The translations under genes and the position numbers were made by a program. A stretch of 26,828 bases of DNA from a virus (Duplodnaviria > Caudoviricetes): positions 1 to 26,828 of IMG/VR virus record IMGVR_UViG_3300032087_001786. The stretch is one strand, 5' to 3'. The first letter of the stretch is position 1. The number at the start of each line of letters is the position of its first letter. Of the stretch, positions 8,890 through 14,698 are shown piece after piece. The notes beneath the pieces were generated by a model, which searched no databases, was not told the origin of the DNA, and saw only the letters and a program-made list of their open reading frames with translations.

Positions 8890-9171
8890 TTATTTGTTTT
8901 CTATTAAACATTGTGGACAGGTACTTTGTGCTTCCATTTTAGGAGAAGTCAATCCGCAATCTTTGCAGACAGGTACTTTCTTTAATTCTTTTAACACTTG
9001 CTTTGCACATTCTATAAACTCAGCTTTGCTGGAGCATGTACCATTGAAAGTCGGATAGTCACGGCACTTCCAAACAAGTTGCGGACAGGTACGAAAACGC
9101 TCGCTTTCGATGTAGTAAAAGAAAGCAACTTTGTTTCCGTTGTGGTCGGTTAAGTATTCGGTAACGCTCAC
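8890..9171 (-). CDS. Hypothetical protein with C-terminal Zn ribbon (CKDC...CPQC)
   Basis: GTG start; two CxxC pairs at the C-terminus. Confidence 0.7.
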   Translation of the reverse strand: MSVTEYLTDHNGNKVAFFYYIESERFRTCPQLVWKCRDYPTFNGTCSSKAEFIECAKQVLKELKKVPVCKDCGLTSPKMEAQSTCPQCLIENK

Positions 9172-9173
9172 TC

Positions 9174-9320
9174 TTAAATATCCTCCGTTACATCGCCATC
9201 TTCATCATTGGTACGCCATCGCTTAACGATAACCTCGCCATCGATAGAATCGTCAAAGTAGTAAATATAATTGCCGATGGTAACATAAATAGAGTTGTCG
9301 CTAGGTTGTTGTATTTTCAT
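9174..9320 (-). CDS. Small hypothetical protein (48 aa, MKIQQPSDNSIYVTIGNYIYYFDDS...EDI)
   Basis: Translated by hand; fills the gap between neighbouring genes. Confidence 0.65.
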   Translation of the reverse strand: MKIQQPSDNSIYVTIGNYIYYFDDSIDGEVIVKRWRTNDEDGDVTEDI

Positions 9321-9339
9321 GTCGCTACGCTCCAACGCA

Positions 9340-9528
9340 TTATCTCTCTACGCTCGCAGAATGCTTTTGTTCATATGGTTTTACTGAACCATCTTCTATC
9401 AATGAATTTAACTCGCCCAGTTCTTCTAAGCGGTCTCTCATGTTTGCGTTTTCAAGTGCGTAATTCAAGATGATATCTTTCATTTTAGATATGTGAGATT
9501 CAAGTGCTGTTTTCTGTTCTTTATTCAT
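9340..9528 (-). CDS. Hypothetical early protein (62 aa, helical)
   Basis: ORF in early cluster. Confidence 0.7.
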   Translation of the reverse strand: MNKEQKTALESHISKMKDIILNYALENANMRDRLEELGELNSLIEDGSVKPYEQKHSASVER

Positions 9529-9549
9529 GGTCAGGTAAGGTAATTAAGG

Positions 9550-9858
9550 TTAGTAAGATAAGCCTTTATGCTCTAATATATCTCTCAATCGAATAAGTAC
9601 TTTACCAAACTCCAAAACATCTTTGCTTGTAATGAATTGCTCAAAAGCAAAGTGCCTTAAGGACTGATAACAAAAGCAATCTTCATTTGCACCCATTGGA
9701 CTAGCTCTAAATTGCCAATCGTCTGGCACACCTTCATCTGTTTCAAAGGTAAGATAGTCACAGATAGCAAACAGCCATTGCATACAATTGCCCCAAGGGT
9801 CACCGCTGTCTGTTAGTTTATATTCGTGCTTAAGTGTTTCGTTCATTGGATAGTTCAT
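9550..9858 (-). CDS. Hypothetical early protein (~102 aa)
   Basis: Track ORF 9550..9909 trimmed to the ATG at 9858 (MNYPMNETLK), because the upstream part overlaps another small gene. Confidence 0.75.
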   Translation of the reverse strand: MNYPMNETLKHEYKLTDSGDPWGNCMQWLFAICDYLTFETDEGVPDDWQFRASPMGANEDCFCYQSLRHFAFEQFITSKDVLEFGKVLIRLRDILEHKGLSY

Positions 9859-9875
9859 TTTGATAGTAAGTAAGG

Positions 9876-9962
9876 TTAAGAAGTAAAGTAGATCAAAGCG
9901 AATAGCCAAAATGATCCAAAGATTAAGTTGATGATTAAGAGGTCAAGTAGTTTAGATTTCAT
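9876..9962 (-). CDS. Small single-TM peptide (28 aa, MKSKLLDLLIINLIFGSFWLFALIYFTS)
   Basis: Translated by hand; ATGA overlap with the upstream gene; one hydrophobic helix. Confidence 0.6.
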   Translation of the reverse strand: MKSKLLDLLIINLIFGSFWLFALIYFTS

Positions 9963-10276
9963 GATGTGAACATCTCCCCGTTTTGTGCTAAGATTTCAGC
10001 GTGATATTCTTCAGCTAGGTTTTGTGCTACTAAGTCTCTGACAAATTTAGTAAATGAATATCCAAACTGCTCCTTGTAATCATTAGAAGCTAACAAGCAA
10101 ACAGCATAGTAAGCTTTAGGGGCTTTAGTCATGTCAAAGGAGTTGTTTTTTATCTTTCTTTGAAAGCTCTTTGCAATCGGCACAAGGAAGCGTCCGTAAT
10201 AAGTGGAAGTGTGTTCAATCCATATTTGAAGCTCTCTGACTTCATGGCGTACTGATTCGATAGTTTCTTTATTCAT
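9959..10276 (-). CDS. Hypothetical early protein (105 aa)
   Basis: ORF with an A-rich leader. Confidence 0.8.
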   Translation of the reverse strand: MNKETIESVRHEVRELQIWIEHTSTYYGRFLVPIAKSFQRKIKNNSFDMTKAPKAYYAVCLLASNDYKEQFGYSFTKFVRDLVAQNLAEEYHAEILAQNGEMFTS

Positions 10277-10306
10277 TTGATAGTATAGTTTAATGATTTA
10301 TTATTT

Positions 10307-10936
10307 TTAGTGTTTAGAGTAAGATACATTTGCAATTGATTTATCCCAACAAGCCCGACATTCAAGACATTTATTATTTTGTTTACTAGATGGGCAAGTG
10401 AAGTCAGATGAAGTCACAACGGATGAAGTTTGAACTCCTAACCGCTTCGCAAGTTTGACGGGTGCAGGAAAATCAACCTTATGTGCTGACAATCTGACAA
10501 TTAAGTTATCAGGCAAAGAGCCGTATTGATCGATATAATCCTCAACAATCTTGTACTCTCTTGTCGGTAACCAATGTTTAGTTTTAGGTGTAAGTTTGCA
10601 AACCTCTACAATCTGCCTGAGGTGAGAAATATCTTTCAAATCGCCCGAATCATGCCAACGAAAATAATCCTTTGATTGATTAGATATTAACAAAGCCATT
10701 GAATTGACCCATCTTACATCTGCTAAGGATTGATAGCGTTTCTCTAATGCTTGTTGCACATTGCCAAATCTATACATCCCTTTTAATGCATAGCATCCAT
10801 GACAAACACTGCCTTTTACCTTCGCAAGTTTGCTACCTACATTACATCTAGATGCTGGTATTGAATAAGCTTTGCCCGGCATTTTAGAAGGATTAGATAA
10901 ACCGCCCGTGATGGAATTTGCTTCTTTTATCTTCAT
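10307..10936 (-). CDS. GP88-like protein (Cys-rich, radical-SAM-like/Fe-S candidate)
   Basis: SKMPG, C-x13-CxxCYA, FRWHDSGD, HWLPTRE, NLIVRLS and C-terminal CP-x7-CxxCxxCW resemble the mycobacteriophage gene-88 family as recalled. Confidence 0.75.
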   Translation of the reverse strand: MKIKEANSITGGLSNPSKMPGKAYSIPASRCNVGSKLAKVKGSVCHGCYALKGMYRFGNVQQALEKRYQSLADVRWVNSMALLISNQSKDYFRWHDSGDLKDISHLRQIVEVCKLTPKTKHWLPTREYKIVEDYIDQYGSLPDNLIVRLSAHKVDFPAPVKLAKRLGVQTSSVVTSSDFTCPSSKQNNKCLECRACWDKSIANVSYSKH

Positions 10937-11127
10937 GATTTGATTTCGTCCTCGTTTACAATGTCCACAATGTTTACATAATCATTTGATGACTCAAGAA
11001 CATCTTCAACAAGGGCAGGGCAATGCATATTCGAAAGAAGCTCGTGAACTTTATCTTGTGGGTCTTCCCCATCATTAAGTACAAAGTAGAGAGTCTTGAA
11101 GTCGATTGAGTATAATTTTGATTTCAT
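10933..11127 (-). CDS. Hypothetical acidic early protein (64 aa)
   Basis: ATGA coupling to the GP88-like gene. Confidence 0.75.
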   Translation of the reverse strand: MKSKLYSIDFKTLYFVLNDGEDPQDKVHELLSNMHCPALVEDVLESSNDYVNIVDIVNEDEIKS

Positions 11128-11163
11128 AGTAATAGTAGTTTTTGTTTTCTTTGGTTTATTGGT

Positions 11164-11406
11164 TTATAAATGATCGCTAACATTGAATTGCTTAATAACA
11201 TCAATTCTTTGATCATCAGTAATCGGAGCTCTGTCCACTTCTTTGAGGAATTGCTTGAAAACTTTGTAAGCAGTTTGTGATTTGTGCTTTAATATTTCTT
11301 TTCTTATTTCCCGCTCAGCAATTGCTTTGTTTAAAAGGTATTGGCAGTCGGCAACACGCTTGCCTAGGTGCTCTTCAAATATTTCCCAGTTAATTGTATT
11401 TTTCAT
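11164..11406 (-). CDS. Hypothetical protein, first gene of early cluster (80 aa)
   Basis: First ORF after the non-coding terminal region. Confidence 0.75.
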   Translation of the reverse strand: MKNTINWEIFEEHLGKRVADCQYLLNKAIAEREIRKEILKHKSQTAYKVFKQFLKEVDRAPITDDQRIDVIKQFNVSDHL

Positions 11407-11470
11407 AATAGTAGTAGTTTCATTATTGAATTTGCTCGAATGCTCGAAGCCCGCACTTCCTAACTTTAGA

Positions 11471-11501
11471 AAGCTAGTTGAATTTATAACATATCTGTCA
11501 A
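11471..11501 (-). promoter_or_regulatory. Candidate host sigma70 early promoter
   Basis: Perfect TTGACA (minus strand, 11496-11501) ~90 nt upstream of the first early gene; the -10 is weak (TAGCTT at 19-nt spacing). Confidence 0.45.
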
Positions 11502-11638
11502 GCCCCTTTAAACACTGGTATTGCGAGCCATAGAATGCTGTAAGATGTTGAATAAGTACTACTTACAAAACTTGAAAAAAACTTTAAATTATTTTTGATG
11601 ATTTGCTGTAAAGTGCTGTTATTCAATCAATAAAAAAG

Positions 11639-11647
11639 TTATTCACA
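11639..11647 (+). promoter_or_regulatory. DnaA-box-like 9-mer TTATTCACA
   Basis: Matches the TTWTNCACA consensus; single copy in AT-rich DNA. Confidence 0.35.
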
Positions 11648-11750
11648 ATTTCTAATATACTAAGCTAAAAATCAATCTCGCATCAATTTGTTTTGTAAAT
11701 AGCTAACTTGGAATAGTTTATGAGAATAAGATTTCATTTGAATTGCTTAT

Positions 11751-11884
11751 TGAGAATGAATCTCATAATTGAGACAAAGTTGAGAATGGAACATCGAAAG
11801 AGAAAAACACATACAAAGCCAAATGCAAACTACTTGCAATAACGGAACCAAGATTAATCGATATGTTAATGCAACTTACTTGCA
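11751..11884. promoter_or_regulatory. Cluster of 15-bp palindromic operators (Fur-family-like)
   Basis: TGAGAATGAATCTCA (11751-11765), TGCAAACTACTTGCA (11824-11838), TGCAACTTACTTGCA (11870-11884); extra TGAGA half-sites at 11721, 11770, 11781. Confidence 0.5.
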
Positions 11885-11961
11885 ATAAGGAAAAAAAATA
11901 AGCGATAAAACAGCGAAAGTTTGCCGTTGTTTGCATAAGTCGTTGATAATCAACAAAAGTA

Positions 11962-11989
11962 ATTAGACATAATATATATAGTGCGAAGT
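11962..11989 (-). other. dif-like XerC/XerD recombination site
   Basis: Minus strand reads ACTTCGCACTA-TATATA-TTATGTCTAAT versus E. coli dif GGTGCGCATAA-TGTATA-TTATGTTAAAT: 11-6-11 layout, XerD arm 9/11 identical. Confidence 0.75.
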
Positions 11990-12087
11990 ACACCCCCCCC
12001 TGTCCTATAATAATCTTACGGGTATGCGGGGGTAATTAATGCGGGCGTATATAGCGTAAGCCTCTCAGATTTTTCTATCGAAACTTT

Positions 12088-12300
12088 TTAGAAGTTAGGC
12101 TCAAACGGCTCGTCGTCGTCCTCTATAACATCCTCTTCCATTGTGAATATAACTTCATCAGTATCAGTCAACACCGACAGTTTAGCGAAGTCCAGGCATC
12201 CTGCTATAGTGTAGTCGTTAAGATCGTACTCTTTCTTAAACCTGTATATGAGCTTTGCTAGTTCGTACTGTAGGGTGTCTGTTTGTTCGTTGATATTCAT
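12088..12300 (-). CDS. Hypothetical protein (70 aa, acidic C-terminus)
   Basis: Isolated ORF preceded by a promoter-like TCGACA-N16-TATTAT. Confidence 0.75.
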   Translation of the reverse strand: MNINEQTDTLQYELAKLIYRFKKEYDLNDYTIAGCLDFAKLSVLTDTDEVIFTMEEDVIEDDDEPFEPNF

Positions 12301-12451
12301 TAGTATTAATAATACATAAGATAGAGCAGTTGTCGAGTGTAGCGAGCAAGTGCGATGAAGTGAGCGTAGCGATCTTCTTACGAGACGAAATGATAGGTAA
12401 ATCTGTTGTACGATTTTTGACTAGTGTTTAAGCGTGTTCTGAAATAAAAGC

Positions 12452-12480
12452 TTTACAACCTCCCTACGGTTTCATAACTT
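12452..12480 (+). promoter_or_regulatory. Candidate plus-strand (antisense) sigma70 promoter
   Basis: TTTACA-N17-TAACTT, followed directly by TATAAT. Confidence 0.35.
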
Positions 12481-12795
12481 TATAATATTGATATTAAGAT
12501 AGTACTTAAACTGTACTTAAAAATGATTCTTAGTATTTACACAGCAAGTATACAAGCAAGTGTGTTAGAGTCGTATTAGCTGCTACTGCTATAGCTTTCC
12601 TTTTTACAAAGCTTACTTTATAGTAGCTACAGCTACCACAGATTAGTTACAGCTGATGATTTAGCTCATACTTCGTTCTTTCGCTAAATACTTAGGAACG
12701 GTGACTAATAACGATATTCTTAACTTAGGTTTTAAGGATAGGTGTGTCTATAAATAGACCTGTAAATGTACTAACTACAACAGCACTTATTAAAG

Positions 12796-14484
12796 CTACA
12801 TCCATAACTGAGCACTAACTTTGTTATTAATCTTATGAAAGCTATCAGTAAACTTTGTTAACTCTTCTTCTAACAGTTCTTGTTGTCTATCAATCATCGA
12901 TTGGTTAACATCAGCAGCCATCTGTGCTGTCCAATAACCAACAGCTATTGATAACGCATCAAGACGGTCATCATGTACTAAGCTACCTCTATCTCTTGTT
13001 ATTCTAGATAACTGATACATAAGCATGTACCTGGTTTGTTGTTCAATAGGATAGCTAAGAGCTGATCTGTAGTCATCGTTGATGACGGAAGGATCGATGA
13101 TTAGACGGTGACTATTGAGGACTGGTTCCAGAGTATCTACTATACGAAGTTCTTTCTGTTTGTTATGTCTTACTTCTTCTATTGTTACCGGATAGGTTGT
13201 TCTAAACAGAGGCTTTATCAGCTCCATAAACATACCGTCACCAAAGTTAGACTCTATAACTACCTTATTAACTTTGTTATCTTTTGCTATAGCTACCAGT
13301 TCTTTAAGAGTCTTTTCATCGTACCCACCTTTTATACCACCAGCAGCTGGAACAAACAGTTGACCGTTTAGCATCTTAACAACAGCGTACCCAGTTTCAT
13401 CCTTACCACGACCAGACGGGTCAATAGATAAGACAGAGCCTGTGTACGGTATCATATCCCCAACAGTGTTAGCAGGTCTTCTGTATCGATCTCCAGCTAG
13501 TCCTACATTAGGTAGTTCTCTATCACAGTTATCAGGATCACTAGACCACACGATCTTTTCAGGAGCTACATCAGTATCAACATCTGTTATAACTAGATCG
13601 TTAATCTTTAGTGGGTATCTATCAGCGTCCGATAGCTTAGGATTAAGCATGAACTGTAGAGCGTACCCGGTCCGACCGTACGACATCTTTCTTTCTTCCA
13701 GGTCTAAGTCAGTGAACCGTAGAGGTTCTGTAGAAGTACCAACAGTCTCAGGAGATATGTTATCTGCTATAAGGGGTGCTAGATCGCCTCCGTAGTTATT
13801 TATAGCTTCTTCCTCACCAGGATACTCAGACGACCATATACGGCTCTTGTAGCCCCGCTCACGCAGCTTGTTGTATATACTGTCCTCACATTGTGGAGTA
13901 CCAAGAAAGATGATACGGGAGGAGTCTAGTGGTTTTATGATAGCGTCAAACTCTTTTACTTGTTCATCCAGCTTATCTCTCATTCCTTGCGTAGCACTGT
14001 TGTTAGCTACCTCTACATCGTCTGCTACGATTATATCAGCACGAGAACCTGTTAGCTGGGATGATATACCAAGTGACTTAACAGAGGGAGCGTGCGAAGC
14101 TGGAGCAGGTCCTACATCAAATGCTATCTTACTGAATCGTTGGTTCTCTGATGGCTTTAGATGACTAAGTATAGGTATCTCTTGAATGATACGCAGGGTA
14201 AAAGTAGAGAAGTCATCTGATCTATTCTTAGATGCTGATACAACAAGTATGTTCTTGGATGGGTTCAGTAGCAACTGATGTACTACAAAAGCACTTGTTA
14301 TCCACGACTTACCTACACCACGGAACGCCATGATAACAGACCGCTTAGGACCGTTTTGCAGGTACTCAGCGATATCGTATTGTAGCGTTGTTGGGTCTGG
14401 TAGATTAAGGTGTTTCCAAACCAGGAATAGAAAGTTTCTAAAGTCCCGTAGCTTGGGCGGTATCTCTTGGTGTTTCTTCTTCAA
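12796..14484 (-). CDS. terL: Terminase large subunit, T7 gp19-like
   Basis: Walker A AFRGVGKS, Walker B IIVADDVE, LGTPQ, nuclease IDPSGRGKDETG, IESNFGDGM, HDDRLDA; TTG start overlapping TerS. Confidence 0.97.
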   Translation of the reverse strand: MKKKHQEIPPKLRDFRNFLFLVWKHLNLPDPTTLQYDIAEYLQNGPKRSVIMAFRGVGKSWITSAFVVHQLLLNPSKNILVVSASKNRSDDFSTFTLRIIQEIPILSHLKPSENQRFSKIAFDVGPAPASHAPSVKSLGISSQLTGSRADIIVADDVEVANNSATQGMRDKLDEQVKEFDAIIKPLDSSRIIFLGTPQCEDSIYNKLRERGYKSRIWSSEYPGEEEAINNYGGDLAPLIADNISPETVGTSTEPLRFTDLDLEERKMSYGRTGYALQFMLNPKLSDADRYPLKINDLVITDVDTDVAPEKIVWSSDPDNCDRELPNVGLAGDRYRRPANTVGDMIPYTGSVLSIDPSGRGKDETGYAVVKMLNGQLFVPAAGGIKGGYDEKTLKELVAIAKDNKVNKVVIESNFGDGMFMELIKPLFRTTYPVTIEEVRHNKQKELRIVDTLEPVLNSHRLIIDPSVINDDYRSALSYPIEQQTRYMLMYQLSRITRDRGSLVHDDRLDALSIAVGYWTAQMAADVNQSMIDRQQELLEEELTKFTDSFHKINNKVSAQLWM

Positions 14485-14692
14485 ATGGTAAAGTCTTCAG
14501 TTGATCTGACAAAGCATTCAATGGTGTACCCATTCCTGAGTCCATAACAACATTGTTATCCTTCAGGAACTGTCTAGCTCCGTTAAGTAGTGCAGCGTTG
14601 TACTCCCCGTCAGCTTCCATCAGATCAATACTGTTACGATATGCACCTGCTATCTTGTCGTGCAGTTTACTTCCTTCTTTGTGACTTAACAT
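14438..14692 (-). CDS. terS: Terminase small subunit, T7 gp18-like
   Basis: LH...AALLNGARQFLKDN...LPF pattern; lies immediately upstream of TerL. Confidence 0.8.
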   Translation of the reverse strand: MLSHKEGSKLHDKIAGAYRNSIDLMEADGEYNAALLNGARQFLKDNNVVMDSGMGTPLNALSDQLKTLPFEEETPRDTAQATGL

Positions 14693-14698
14693 GGTATC

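Larger units (their letters stand above)
11407..12795. other. Genome-end / terminal-repeat region (junction of late and early regions)
   Basis: Largely non-coding stretch between TerL and the first early gene, where T7-like genomes have their ends; contains a C8 tract, short repeats and hairpins. Exact termini not visible. Confidence 0.7.

Noticed and set aside
7487-9151. CRISPR-like or attC-like array reading of the repeated motifs
   Set aside because: The motifs are only 6-9 bp, irregularly spaced and inside coding sequence, with no cas or integrase gene nearby.
11763-11993. 76-aa minus-strand hydrophobic ORF
   Set aside because: It overlaps the palindrome cluster and dif-like site; its composition is what A-rich non-coding DNA gives when read in reverse.
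11407-12795. tRNA, ncRNA family or intrinsic terminator in the terminal region
   Set aside because: No cloverleaf and no GC-rich stem followed by a U-tract could be identified by eye.
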